A stretch of 64,000 nt of DNA from an uncultured Nitrososphaerota archaeon. Its GTDB lineage: Archaea > Thermoproteota > Nitrososphaeria > Conexivisphaerales > DTJL01. Below the pieces are notes generated by a model. That model did not search any database and was not told the DNA's origin. It saw nothing but the letters and a program-made list of their open reading frames with translations. Below are positions 51,803 to 62,123 of this stretch, in pieces (the stretch's first letter is position 1; every line of letters starts with the position of its first letter). The stretch is taken from positions 1 to 64,000 of the forward strand of contig CAWJIE010000003.1 in NCBI GenBank assembly GCA_963842885.1, read 5' to 3'. A program made the position numbers and the translations under genes.

Positions 51803-52501
51803 CTAGGCACCGACCAGATGCCCCACCAGGAAGCCAGCCAGCCCAGCGGCCAAGCCAATCGCAGCCATCTGTAGCCCACTCTTCCATATCGACCCGACTG
51901 TTGTCCTTGCCTCGTAGTACCCAATAATGAAAAGGGCTACGCCGCTGACCGTCACCGAGCCAAGCGCGCCCAGGAGGACGTCCTTGCCCACCAGGAAGTA
52001 GGGCACCAGAGGGATGATCGAACCGAAGACGCTGGAGCCCAGCACGATCAAGAAGTTCCTCCTGGGTTCAGATTCGTCGACCTGCTCAAGCCGGAGCTCA
52101 TAGGACATCATGAACTCGAGCCAGGCCTTCGGCTTGGAGACAATCAAGTCGGTCGCACGCTCGAGCTCCTCGCCCTCGTACCCCCATTTCTGGAAGATTC
52201 CTCTCACCTCATCCCTTTCAAGCTGTGGCACCTCCCTCATCTCGGTTTCTTCGCGGCTGACCTCTTTCAGGTAATGCTTTCTCCTCGCAATGGTGGATGT
52301 GTAGGCCACCGCCCCCATTGAGATTGATTCAGCGCACAGTGCCGCAAGGGCTGCGACGAATATCAGTCGGATACCGCTCGAGGCGGCGGCCAATCCCAAC
52401 AAGACGCCGAGGACATTTACAAGTCCATCCTGACTTCCTAGGATGAAATTGGAGAGGAGACCGGAGCGCGCGTGCAGTTCAGTGGAAACCGCTGGGATCA
52501 A
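51803..52501 (-). CDS. VIT1/CCC1 family transporter
   Basis: FILGSQDGLVNVLG; paralog of 41656..42372. Confidence 0.92.
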   Translation of the reverse strand: MIPAVSTELHARSGLLSNFILGSQDGLVNVLGVLLGLAAASSGIRLIFVAALAALCAESISMGAVAYTSTIARRKHYLKEVSREETEMREVPQLERDEVRGIFQKWGYEGEELERATDLIVSKPKAWLEFMMSYELRLEQVDESEPRRNFLIVLGSSVFGSIIPLVPYFLVGKDVLLGALGSVTVSGVALFIIGYYEARTTVGSIWKSGLQMAAIGLAAGLAGFLVGHLVGA

Positions 52502-52835
52502 GATGGGCCTAACCTACCAGGGTCGCGATCCCTCTTGCTACGCCGTTTTCGACGTGTCGGGTTCTAAACATCTCAGGGACGCCCAAGGCCAAGAAGAGGG
52601 CGGACAGCAAAGTGCTTCCATCCGAAGCCATAATTCAAGGAGCCGACTGCGCCGCTTATAGAAGTTGCTTCGCTGGAGGTTCGAGACGTCTCTCTTTCGG
52701 CAGCAGGCCACCGCCAACCGACTGAAGGCGCTCACCCTGGCCGGGCGTCGCTCCCGCGGCGACTTCCCTTGATTGGTCCCTGTGCAAAGGAGGGACCTCC
52801 GCCGATGGTCCGAGGATATGCGGAGGTGGTCTGGA

Positions 52836-53093
52836 CTAGAACACGAGTGTCGACATGAGAAGGGCCGCCATCGTCAACGTCCCCAAGAGCAGCCAGGTCC
52901 TGCTCGTCGGCTCCCCGAGCCTCCTCCGGCCGTAGACGTAGGCCACCGCCGCGAACGCGAGGAGGTCGACGCCCAGGAACGTGGCGAACTTCGTCTCATC
53001 GGCGAGGCTGGTGGCACCCTGCGTCCAGACGTAAGCTGTAGCCAGCACCTGGAGCCCCAGCATCAGCGTGATGAGCAGCTTGAGCCTCTCCAT
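52836..53093 (-). CDS. Small 3-TM protein of the cytochrome b operon
   Basis: Abuts cytochrome b stop; three hydrophobic helices. Confidence 0.7.
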   Translation of the reverse strand: MERLKLLITLMLGLQVLATAYVWTQGATSLADETKFATFLGVDLLAFAAVAYVYGRRRLGEPTSRTWLLLGTLTMAALLMSTLVF

Positions 53094-54563
53094 CTATCTC
53101 CACCTCTCCTCCATCCATTTCACCCGCCTTCGCAGCGTGCCCGACGATCTCTCAAGGCCGTAGAGGAAGAACGTCGTCGCCAGCAGGACGACCGCCAGCG
53201 AGGCCCCCGCGAGGACCAGCTCGAGGGAGGAATACGAAGTCGAGCCCGCCAGAGCATTGGCGGCCCCGTCAATCACGCCGGCGAGCGACAGGGCTCCTAC
53301 CGCCAACAGCGAAGAGAAGGCCGCTATCGTCCACAGGCCCGCCGAGCGTGGCGCGTCCACCTTAGCCCTGGGCAACACTCGGCTCGCCCTCGAATAGACG
53401 AGGCGGAACGCCACCCATGACAGCAGTGCTATGACCAGGGCCGTCCCTCCCAAGACAAGAAGCCCCTCCTCGTTGGAGATCACCTGCCCCGGAGTCAGAT
53501 AGCCCCACACGGTGAGGACCGCCCACTCCCCGAGGAAGACCAGCCCCAACGTTACGTACCGTGCCCTCCTGGACACCTTCCGCGCACTCCTCCTATCGAT
53601 GAAAGGAAGGAGGAAGAAGGCCGCGAAGATGGCCGAGACAACCGTGAGCGCGACGGGCAGGCCTGCGGTCTCGAAGGCGGATATCTTGAGGATTTGGTAG
53701 ATCCAGAGGAAGTACCAGTCAGGTTGAGCGACGAAGCTTCCCGCCGCCTGAGCGGAGTACTGTGGAGGGAGGTTGAGCGGGGACAGGACGGAGATGACCA
53801 TCATGGCCGCCCCGAAGACCGCAGCCAGCTCGAAGAGGTAGACGGTGACGTCAGGGAAGATCGGGACGGGCCTTCGCTCCCTTTCACTTAGCTCTCCCGT
53901 CGCCGGCTCTGAGATCCCGTGAGCCTCCAGCATGTACATCTTGACGGCCAGGAGGACCAGAAGGACTGCCGGGAGGACCACGACGTGGAGCTCGTAGAAG
54001 CGAAGGATCTCGCCGGCGTCCCCCCCTGTGCCCACGATGAGGAAGCTGACGAAAGACGACAACTGCGTAGGGAGGACGAATATCATCCCCACGCCGACGT
54101 CCGTCGCCGCCTTCGACACTACGCTCCACGGCAGGAGGTATCCCGTGAATCCGAATCCCAGCGTGACGAATCCCATAAGCATCCCGATGACCCACATCAA
54201 CTCCCTAGGCTTCTTCTGAGCGGAGACGAAGTAGTTGCGCAGGAAATGCATGAAGGCGAGGAATATCATGGCGTAGGCAGTGTAGAGGTGGACAGTCTCA
54301 AGGAACCTCCCGTACGGAACGTTCTGAAAGATGTACTGTGTCGAGGCGTAGGCCTGTGTCGGCGAAGGTACATAGTACAGCATCATCGCCACTCCGGTCA
54401 CTCCCTGGACCACGAATGCCACGACGGTCAGCGCCCCCAGCCAATAGAATGGGTTTATCGCGTACCTGGGCACCGGCCTCAGAAGGGGTGCTGACAGGCC
54501 AAGTCGGTCATCCAGCCACTTCGAAGCCCTTTCGAGAACTCCGCTTCCGCTAGCCCCCGCCAA
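53094..54563 (-). CDS. Cytochrome b (bc complex, SoxN/PetB-like) with C-terminal extension
   Basis: QGVTG, heme-ligand His in VHLY..MHFLR and LHVV, TGYLLPW, QPDWYF. Confidence 0.95.
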   Translation of the reverse strand: MAGASGSGVLERASKWLDDRLGLSAPLLRPVPRYAINPFYWLGALTVVAFVVQGVTGVAMMLYYVPSPTQAYASTQYIFQNVPYGRFLETVHLYTAYAMIFLAFMHFLRNYFVSAQKKPRELMWVIGMLMGFVTLGFGFTGYLLPWSVVSKAATDVGVGMIFVLPTQLSSFVSFLIVGTGGDAGEILRFYELHVVVLPAVLLVLLAVKMYMLEAHGISEPATGELSERERRPVPIFPDVTVYLFELAAVFGAAMMVISVLSPLNLPPQYSAQAAGSFVAQPDWYFLWIYQILKISAFETAGLPVALTVVSAIFAAFFLLPFIDRRSARKVSRRARYVTLGLVFLGEWAVLTVWGYLTPGQVISNEEGLLVLGGTALVIALLSWVAFRLVYSRASRVLPRAKVDAPRSAGLWTIAAFSSLLAVGALSLAGVIDGAANALAGSTSYSSLELVLAGASLAVVLLATTFFLYGLERSSGTLRRRVKWMEERWR

Positions 54564-55211
54564 CTAGGTCACCAGTGTTCCGCCCTGAAGGTCGTTGGTC
54601 ACGTCGTCGGAGCCTGTGCTGTGACCAAAGACGGAGGGAGGTCCCATGGAGATTGCGAAGATGTTGCCCGAGCTGTCGACGTCGAGGATGACGTGAGGCA
54701 GGGGCCTCGGCGACGGGCCACCTATCACCTTCGCGTCGTTCAGAAGGTCATAGATGCTCCCATGGCAGCAACAGAACCCCACAGGCCGCGAGGCGCTGAA
54801 GGAATGCTTGCATGTTGGCGAAGAGCCTGGGGGTACGAAGCTGTATACACAGCCCAGGTGCTGGCAGAGCAAGCTGAAGGCCACGATGTCGCCGTCCGGC
54901 CCCACTCCCCCAGAAGCTTTCAGTCCCAGCTTGACGAGGACGTTGGGCTCGTCGTCGAGGGGGTAGTTGAAGAAGACGGGGACGTTGACCACGAGGTCGC
55001 CCAGGTTGGCGACCTCGACTCTGGGGAATGTCGTTGGCTGGCCAGATGTGGTGGCAGCCGTGCTCGAGATAGACCTTGAAACGGCCGCGATCCCTCCGAC
55101 AGCTAGAAGCGCGGAGAGGGACAAACCGACCTTCAGGAACTCCCTCTTGGATTCGTCTGTCTGGGAGCCGTCAGCAGCGGGAGGCTCCTCCGGCCGGCCT
55201 TCATCTTTCAA
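54564..55211 (-). CDS. Rieske [2Fe-2S] protein (SoxL/AioB-like), Tat signal
   Basis: KREFLK; GGVGPDGDIVAFS.LCQHLGC; CCCHGSIYD; GPSPRPLP. Confidence 0.95.
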   Translation of the reverse strand: MKDEGRPEEPPAADGSQTDESKREFLKVGLSLSALLAVGGIAAVSRSISSTAATTSGQPTTFPRVEVANLGDLVVNVPVFFNYPLDDEPNVLVKLGLKASGGVGPDGDIVAFSLLCQHLGCVYSFVPPGSSPTCKHSFSASRPVGFCCCHGSIYDLLNDAKVIGGPSPRPLPHVILDVDSSGNIFAISMGPPSVFGHSTGSDDVTNDLQGGTLVT

Positions 55212-56287
55212 CGGGCCACCCTCTTCTCTCCGGGTTTCAGGAGGACCCCGATAGCGACGCCGACGACCAGCAGCCCCATGCCGGCCGTCGCCGCAAGGAC
55301 TGGGCTTATGCCCCCGCTGGAAGACGCTCCTGAACCAGGAGGAGCCGCGTCGCTGATCGTGAGATTATACCACTGCGAAACGGACTTCATGTCGGCCGAC
55401 TCCCCCAGCTTCCCGTTCCAGACGGCGAAGGCCACGTAGTAGCTGGAGCCCATCGCCAGCTGGACCCTGTACTGCGCGGCGCTGGTCGTCGTGAAGCTTC
55501 TGACCATCTCCACGGTCCAGGTGCCGCTGGCGTTGTCGTAGAAGCTCGCCACCTTGATAATGAACGGATTAGCGAACGGGGCAAGGTTGGGTGAATCTGC
55601 CCCGAAGCTCCCGGGTATCACGAAGAAGCCCGTCGTGTTGGTGTAATCGTCTTCTGCGAAGGACAGGTTGTTGGCTGGGAAGATGGCGTTCCCCAGCGGA
55701 TCGGTATATCCCCCTGGGAAGTCGGCGTTGTTAGCAGAGTTATCCGTGGGGTCCGACTGCCAATGCCAGATCTCCGCCGCCCCGCCGGTTATCGCACCGT
55801 CTGAGCCCAACTGCATCGCGGGCGACTGCTGGACGCCCTGCGAGCCTGGTATGAACCACAGCGATGCCACTCGGTCCGGGTAGTGGTAGGTGGAGTTGTA
55901 GAAGAGCTGGGTCACGTTGGCGGTAGCGTCAGGCGTCAGAGGCAGCAGAGTGCCGTTCCCCGAATCATAGAGCTCGTTGTCGGATTGGAACGACGGTCCT
56001 CCCGGATCCGGCCACTTGAAAAGCAAGAAGACGTTGTATCCGTCGTTCGCCGACTTCACCAAGACGCATGGTGTGTGACCGCCGCCTGGGGTAACCGAAG
56101 CCGCCAGGGAGACATTCGTCCAGGATATCGCCGCCCAGAAGGATTCGTTGCCTGGGGCCGCATAGTCGGCCGACCCGCTGACAAGATATGACGTCAGGTT
56201 GGAAGATACCTGCTGGGCCAGAGCCGACCTGGAGAAGGCCGCAGGCGAAGCGACTCCCCCAATGAGAAGCGAAATGCAAAGTCCCAT
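55208..56287 (-). CDS. Heme b-binding DOMON-like (ethylbenzene dehydrogenase gamma / CbsA-like) protein
   Basis: LLFKWPD, YPDRVA, AEIWHW, WTVEMVR, VAFAVWNG, MKSVS.W; C-terminal TM. Confidence 0.85.
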   Translation of the reverse strand: MGLCISLLIGGVASPAAFSRSALAQQVSSNLTSYLVSGSADYAAPGNESFWAAISWTNVSLAASVTPGGGHTPCVLVKSANDGYNVFLLFKWPDPGGPSFQSDNELYDSGNGTLLPLTPDATANVTQLFYNSTYHYPDRVASLWFIPGSQGVQQSPAMQLGSDGAITGGAAEIWHWQSDPTDNSANNADFPGGYTDPLGNAIFPANNLSFAEDDYTNTTGFFVIPGSFGADSPNLAPFANPFIIKVASFYDNASGTWTVEMVRSFTTTSAAQYRVQLAMGSSYYVAFAVWNGKLGESADMKSVSQWYNLTISDAAPPGSGASSSGGISPVLAATAGMGLLVVGVAIGVLLKPGEKRVAR

Positions 56288-56435
56288 CCATAAGCATCGG
56301 ATGATGCGCCTTGTCAGAGAGAGACCACCGCCGGCGCGGAGAGGGGGCGTCCAACAGCCAACCAGTATTTCACGCCAAAAGGGCTAACGAAATAGTTCTT
56401 AAGACTTCAGGAAGATACGAATGTCGCATTCCGGA

Positions 56436-57197
56436 TTACTCGCACCTCCGCACCTGAGGGGTGTCATGGTTCAGAGTCAACGCACGTGCCGAAATATCAT
56501 GTTTGGCCTCGCCAAGGACCCTTCCCCAGTCGAACTTGAACAAGAAGATTCCGAGTACTATGAATGCGGCGGTCAACAGGAGCGAGAACTCGAGGGACGA
56601 GATGCGCAAGACATGTCTTGTGAAACTCGCAATCCTCAGTATCCCGAGGAACTCGAGCTCAATCTCGAACGCGCTCTTAACGAGCTTCGCCGCGACCGTC
56701 ACCGAGAGCATAGGGGTCAGCTTCGTTCTTGCGGCTCCTGCGCCGATGTAGATGTAGTCGTCCAACGGAAAGAAGGGTATCACGGCACTAATGAAGACCG
56801 CGACGAGAAACCTCCGGTCTTGCAGCCACCGCGCAAGTAGCTGGACGTTCCTGTTCTTCGATAGGCTACCCTTGAATGCCCTGCCGCCGCCGTAGATGAC
56901 GAGCTTTCCGGTCACCGCTCCTGCCGCAGTGATGAGCACGACGAGGATGAAGGCGTCCACCGAGAAACCGAAGGCTATCAGTTCAGCCGTGGCTACCAGC
57001 GTGTAAGACGCGCCAAAGAATGGAGTGGCATTCGAGACGAGCGAGATGACAAAGAGGCCTACAAGGCTGAGCATGAACGGGCTCGGGGGATGTAGGTGGT
57101 ACGAAAGCAGGGCTGCGCCACTCAAGAGGGCCGAAATGCCGTAGCCTGACGCTCCCACTGAATCCACCTGGCAGCCCTCCCGATGGTTTCGCATCAA
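56436..57197 (-). CDS. DedA/VTT (SNARE-associated) membrane protein
   Basis: NATPFFGASY, GAVTGKLVIY, P.PLDD. Confidence 0.75.
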   Translation of the reverse strand: MMRNHREGCQVDSVGASGYGISALLSGAALLSYHLHPPSPFMLSLVGLFVISLVSNATPFFGASYTLVATAELIAFGFSVDAFILVVLITAAGAVTGKLVIYGGGRAFKGSLSKNRNVQLLARWLQDRRFLVAVFISAVIPFFPLDDYIYIGAGAARTKLTPMLSVTVAAKLVKSAFEIELEFLGILRIASFTRHVLRISSLEFSLLLTAAFIVLGIFLFKFDWGRVLGEAKHDISARALTLNHDTPQVRRCE

Positions 57198-57539
57198 GAC
57201 CCACTTAAGTGATTTCTTGCCACTCTCTTAGGCCTGGCGTCCCTTGGACGGATCTTCTTGCTCCCCCCAAGGTCACAGGCATCTTTGACGAGGCGGAATT
57301 CGGAGAAAAGAAAGGTGGATGTGACGCTTAGGGCCCCGCGCGAAGGAGGAGGCCCTGTTCGATCATATTCTGGGAGACACAGCCTCCCTGTTCTACTCTT
57401 AAGACGCTTTGCCTGAGCAACGCGGCGAGCCTCTGCTCAATTGCAGGTATCGGCTCTCTGAGGTTGACAGGGCGACCTTCCAAGGTAAACCCGTGAACGA
57501 AGAGATTATAGTGGGGACGGAGCACGTTTACTGCAAAGC

Positions 57540-57962
57540 ATGACAATTGAGATGTTCACCGACGGTCTGGCCGAGCCACGCAATCCCGGCATCGGCACCT
57601 TCGCCTGCATCATATACAGAAACGGAGAGCTGCTCGCACAGGACAGCGGGTTCGTCGGCGACCCCATATCTAACAACGAAGCTGAATACGAGGCGCTCAT
57701 CCGAGGGCTGAAGGCGATACTCTCATACTCGGCCGAACAGGTGGTCGTGATGTCGGATTCCCAGCTCCTCGTGAACCAGATGAGTGGCAAGTGGAAGGTC
57801 AAGAAGGGAGCTTACAGGGAAAGATTTCTGAAGGCGAAGAAGCTCGCCGAGGGCTTCAAGTCGCTGAAGTTCATGTGGATTCCAAGAGAAATGAATGAGA
57901 AGGCCGACGCGCTCACGCGGGCGGCTTACCATGGATACCTACAGGAGAAGAGACCGAGATAG
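57540..57962 (+). CDS. rnhA: Ribonuclease HI
   Basis: FTDG, SNNEAEYEAL, SDSQLLVNQM, WIPREMNEKADAL. Confidence 0.95.
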   Translation: MTIEMFTDGLAEPRNPGIGTFACIIYRNGELLAQDSGFVGDPISNNEAEYEALIRGLKAILSYSAEQVVVMSDSQLLVNQMSGKWKVKKGAYRERFLKAKKLAEGFKSLKFMWIPREMNEKADALTRAAYHGYLQEKRPR

Positions 57963-58342
57963 GTCTTTCAAGGTTGCCTCTTTGGTCGCTCTGGACTAAG
58001 GACTGCGGCATCGCCGGTTCTACGAACTGTGTATGAAACACAATCGCGGCATCCGCTGGCACGATAGGAGCCGAATTTGGTTCATGATTGGGACTCGAGT
58101 GGTAGGATGATGGGACCTTAACTCGTGGAAAACCGTGGCATTAGAGAATCGGACGACTCTGCACGGAGCGGGGGAGCCGGTAAAGAGCATGGACCTGACT
58201 CATTACTTGGAGCCGCAGCCACATCTTCTGTGGTAAACAACATACGTACCTAGAATGGGAAGCACATCTCATCAGTTCAATGGAAGGTGGTTGTACGAGT
58301 GCTGGGTTTCGGAATGCCAGATTACGCTTTCTTTACCTGAAG

Positions 58343-58480
58343 TCACCGCCCAATCCATAGCCCTGCCCTCGGAACACACATCCCAGATTCTGGGTCATAG
58401 TGACAGTCTTTCGAGAACTCGCAGTCCTTGCAGTCGTCCGCAACGAGTCCACCAAGACGACACGTTTTCTCCTCGCCCAA
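58343..58480 (-). CDS. Small Cys-rich protein (45 aa)
   Basis: GEEKTCRLGGLVADDCKDCEFSKDCHYDPESGMCVPR. Confidence 0.5.
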   Translation of the reverse strand: MGEEKTCRLGGLVADDCKDCEFSKDCHYDPESGMCVPRAGLWIGR

Positions 58481-58789
58481 GTTGCAGTATCATCCCGCCT
58501 GGCTCAATGAATCGGGGGTCACCCGTCTAGTTGCATTTCTTGCCTTTATCCCTAGCGCTTCTAATAGTGCCTATCCGCCTAGGGCCGTGTGAGGTCCGGT
58601 GTAACTTGTCAATGGGTTCGCGCTGGCTCCGTGGTTTGGAGCCCGCTTTCTTGTGCAGGGCTGAAACCTGCCGCGGACATGTTCTGCAAGATTCTCTTGC
58701 TATCCTCGATTCCGTTCGGCTATATCTCCAAATGATGCGCTGCACCTATCTAGCCTCTATTCTGCCCTGTCCTCGCTGACGGACGATGC

Positions 58790-59951
58790 CTAATTCTCTA
58801 GCGCCAGACGCCGAAGCTCTTCGACCCTGTCGGTCCTCTCCCAAGTGAACTCCGGCTCGAGCCTTCCGAAATGCCCGTAGCAGGCAGTCTTCCTGTAGAT
58901 GGGCCTAAGGAGGTCCAGCTGTCTGATCATCATCCCCGGGCGAAGGTCGAAGGCCTTTTCCACGGCCTTCGCGATCTTCTCGTCAGGGACCTTCCCTGTG
59001 CCGAATGTGGTGACCATTAGGGAAACAGGCCGGGCGACGCCTATCGCGTAGGCTATCTGCACTTCGCACCTGTCCGCCAGACCAGCAGCGACGACGTTCT
59101 TGGCTACATACCTCGCCATGTAGCTGCCCGAGCGATCCACCTTCGTTGGGTCCTTCCCCGAGAAGCAACCTCCACCGTGAGAGCCCACGCCGCCGTATGT
59201 GTCCACGATGATCTTCCTTCCGGTGAGGCCCGAATCGGCCAAGGTGCCGCCGATGACGAACCTCCCTGTCTCGTTCACGTGGAACTTCGTGTTCTCGTCA
59301 ATCATGTCAGGCGGGACCACCTCCTTGATCACCTTCTCTATCACGTCCTTCTTAATCGTCTCCCTGTCCACGTGCTCCTCATGCTGGGCGGCCACCACGA
59401 CGGCCTCTACTCTCTTGGGGCTACCGTTCTCATATTCGACGGTGACCTGAGACTTCCCGTCGGGCCTGAGGTAGGGGAGGAGGCCTGACTTGCGTGTCTC
59501 CGCCAGACGCCTGACGATTCCGTGGGCCAGCATGATGGGGAGGGGCATGAGCTCTGGCGTCTCGTTGCAGGCGTAGCCGAACATGAGCCCTTGGTCCCCG
59601 GCCCCCATCTCCTCCGGAGGCCTGTTGACGCCCATGGCGATGTCGGGGGACTGCTCCTCGATCGAGACCATGATGCCGCAGGTCTCCCAGTCCAGGCCAT
59701 CCCTGGCGTTGTTCAGCCCGATTTCCTTCAACACTCCACGCACGATCTGCTTGTACCTCACGTTGGCCGTCGTCGTTATCTGCCCCGTGACTACGACCAT
59801 GCTCTCCATGACCAGCGTCTCGCAGTCCACCCTCGCGTTCTTGTCTTGGAGAGATTACGGCGTCGAGGATGGCATCCGAAACCTGGTCGGCCACTTTGTC
59901 GGGATGGCCTTCTGCGACTGATTCCGAGGTGAAGAAGTATCTGCTCGGCAT
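58790..59951 (-). CDS. metK: S-adenosylmethionine synthetase, bacterial/eukaryotic type (frameshift near 59850)
   Basis: [47 protein letters not shown]. Confidence 0.96.
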
Positions 59952-60287
59952 GGCACCATCCTCGCTGTCTAGTCGGACGAGCTTCTTAAAGTGTGGTCAC
60001 GATTCCGCGACGGCCTGCATTTCGAGCATCATGTAGGCCGACCTCAGCCTGCCGTGGAGCTTCGACATCTCGCCGAAGCCCGTCTCCGGGAATCCCCTCG
60101 AATGGAAGAGGGAAGGTGAGGCCACCCCGGGTAACAACAGGGCTGTTGCTCTCTGAAGTGCTACGCAAGAGAGTCAAGAAAACGCCACATGTATCGCGCT
60201 CGATACCAGAGGGCCAGATGGATGGACCCCAGCCACATGAAGAGTTTCTTCAGATATGAGAAGTCCTGGACCGGTGAGGAGCTGGGC

Positions 60288-60671
60288 CTACCCTACCAGC
60301 GTCGTGATTTCTCTCGCTATGCCGTGTTCTACGTGTTCGGTCCACAGCATCTCGGGGATGTCCACGGCCAAGAAGAGGGCAGACAGCAAGAGGGCTTCGA
60401 CCGCGGCGACCCCTATGTTCTGTATCCATTTCCCGATGCCGATGTGCACGGTGAAGTCGTCGGGCTGACCCGTCAGGAGGATCGAGAAAGCACGGTCAGC
60501 GGAGATCAGGTCCCTCAGAATCCCCGCCTTCTGGGCTTGGACGACGGTCCCAAGAGGAGGCGTCGCCATCTGCGTCTTGTACCCTTCAGACTGCAGCTGC
60601 TGCACTATCTGCTGGGCCAGCTGGTTCAGGTCCTTGTTCTTACCTTGAAAACGGAGCACTTTCTCTGGCAA
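60288..60671 (-). CDS. Conserved-looking hypothetical protein
   Basis: Coding-like 127 aa ORF with TAAATA box upstream. Confidence 0.7.
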   Translation of the reverse strand: MPEKVLRFQGKNKDLNQLAQQIVQQLQSEGYKTQMATPPLGTVVQAQKAGILRDLISADRAFSILLTGQPDDFTVHIGIGKWIQNIGVAAVEALLLSALFLAVDIPEMLWTEHVEHGIAREITTLVG

Positions 60672-61402
60672 ATGTAAATCAGCTTGTGTGTTTCGTTCGC
60701 CTATTTAGGCCTTACCGGCGAACCGGTGTTGCCCGTTAATCATCCTTGCCAAGCAGAGGGTTGGGAATAATCTCTCTTTCACAGATTTGTCTATGACAGG
60801 CTACACAGGTGAGTATTGGGTGACCTATCTTACAATTCCAGTTTTGGTGACAAAGCCTGAAGGCGGCTGAATCCTCCGTCTTGACAGAGCGCTTCTTCAG
60901 GCCTTCAGATAGAGGGCCATGATCGGGGGCGTTCCTCTTCGTCTGCAGGGCCCTCTGACGGCATAGGTGAGGGCCCACTTCAGTATCGTCTCTCCCTCCT
61001 TGGCGGGCCAAGATGCTGCCTCCTGAGAGAGTTGACGTACCTCTAGGATTCGGTGGCTGAATGAAGCTGTTCATCAGCGGGCAGGACGACTGCGATCGCC
61101 TCGCCGAGGTCGTCGGGTACCTGGCCACCTGCTACAGGAAGGTCACCAAGTGTGTCATCTTCCACGCCGCCTCCTTGCGCTCTTTCTGCTCGGGCCGCTC
61201 AAGGTGCAGCAGGGCAAGGATTCAGGACCAGTCCCTGCCTGAGCGCGGACCCATCTTCACCCCCATGAACAAAGGCGCATCGGTCGTCAGCGATTCATGA
61301 TATGATGGCCTTAGAGCCACTGCGAATACTGTCGCCCGCCCGCCAGAACCTCCGGGCAAGGCTTTTAAATGACGGTGAGAAGTCATTGCATCTGAACCAG
61401 AT

Positions 61403-61576
61403 TTGTCCTCAAAAAGGGAGAAGAAGAACAAAGCACCTCTTCCCGCCTCCAGCGCGGGCCTCCTGAGGTTCTTTGACGAAGACACGCCCGGTTTCAAGGT
61501 CGGACCGGAAGCCATCATAGGCGTCGGGGCAGTCCTGATCGTCGGGTCCCTCCTGCTGCTGGCGTTCCTCAAGTAG
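61403..61576 (+). CDS. secG: Preprotein translocase subunit Sec61beta/SecG
   Basis: KAPLPASSAGLLRFFDEDT..KVGP plus TM (below ORF-track cutoff). Confidence 0.93.
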   Translation: MSSKREKKNKAPLPASSAGLLRFFDEDTPGFKVGPEAIIGVGAVLIVGSLLLLAFLK

Positions 61577-61630
61577 GGCGGCCGCGCAATAAAGGAGATG
61601 CCTGATGAGGCGCATCCTCCGAAACCGCCC
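61576..61630 (+). ncRNA. Candidate type III hammerhead ribozyme (core variant)
   Basis: GGGCGG/CCGCCC stem III, CTGATGA (61602-61608), GAAA (61621-61624), loop I/II complementarity AGGA/TCCT. Confidence 0.55.
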
Positions 61631-61721
61631 GCCTTTCACCGAATTCGAAACCTAGTCCGTCCTTTCGTATCTCCACCATGCGAGGAGTCCGGGCAGCCTA
61701 TCGAGTGCCTGTCGCAATTGC

Positions 61722-62123
61722 CTAGAGGCGAGGGAAGAATGATGTGGGGACCACCAGGCCGAATAGGGCTCCGAGTATCACGCTCATCACGGCGAAGACG
61801 AGTATCGAGAGTATGGCTATTCCGATGCCTCCCATCCAACCCGTTCCGAAGCTTGACTTGTAGACCCATATCCAGGCTATGAAGGCCAGGAGCAGAGCGA
61901 TGACGAATGCTCCTGAGCCGATCAACGCTCCCAGAAAATAATCCACCGCGATCAAGGTCACGACGTAGACTACTGGGCCAAACAGGGTGGCAACCATGGC
62001 ATCGCCAAAAGTAGACTTTCCCCCAGTTATTGTCTTGCCCGCCACCCACGCCGGTATCGAGATGACTATCCACAGGATGGCCAAACCTATGATAGTCACA
62101 AGCAGGCTCATCCAGGCTGCCAA
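61722..62123 (-). CDS. 4-TM membrane protein
   Basis: Hydrophobic ORF with FGTGW motif. Confidence 0.7.
   Translation of the reverse strand: MAAWMSLLVTIIGLAILWIVISIPAWVAGKTITGGKSTFGDAMVATLFGPVVYVVTLIAVDYFLGALIGSGAFVIALLLAFIAWIWVYKSSFGTGWMGGIGIAILSILVFAVMSVILGALFGLVVPTSFFPRL

Noticed and set aside
54564-55211. Arsenite oxidase (aioB) call
   Set aside because: No AioA large subunit nearby; the context is a cytochrome b complex
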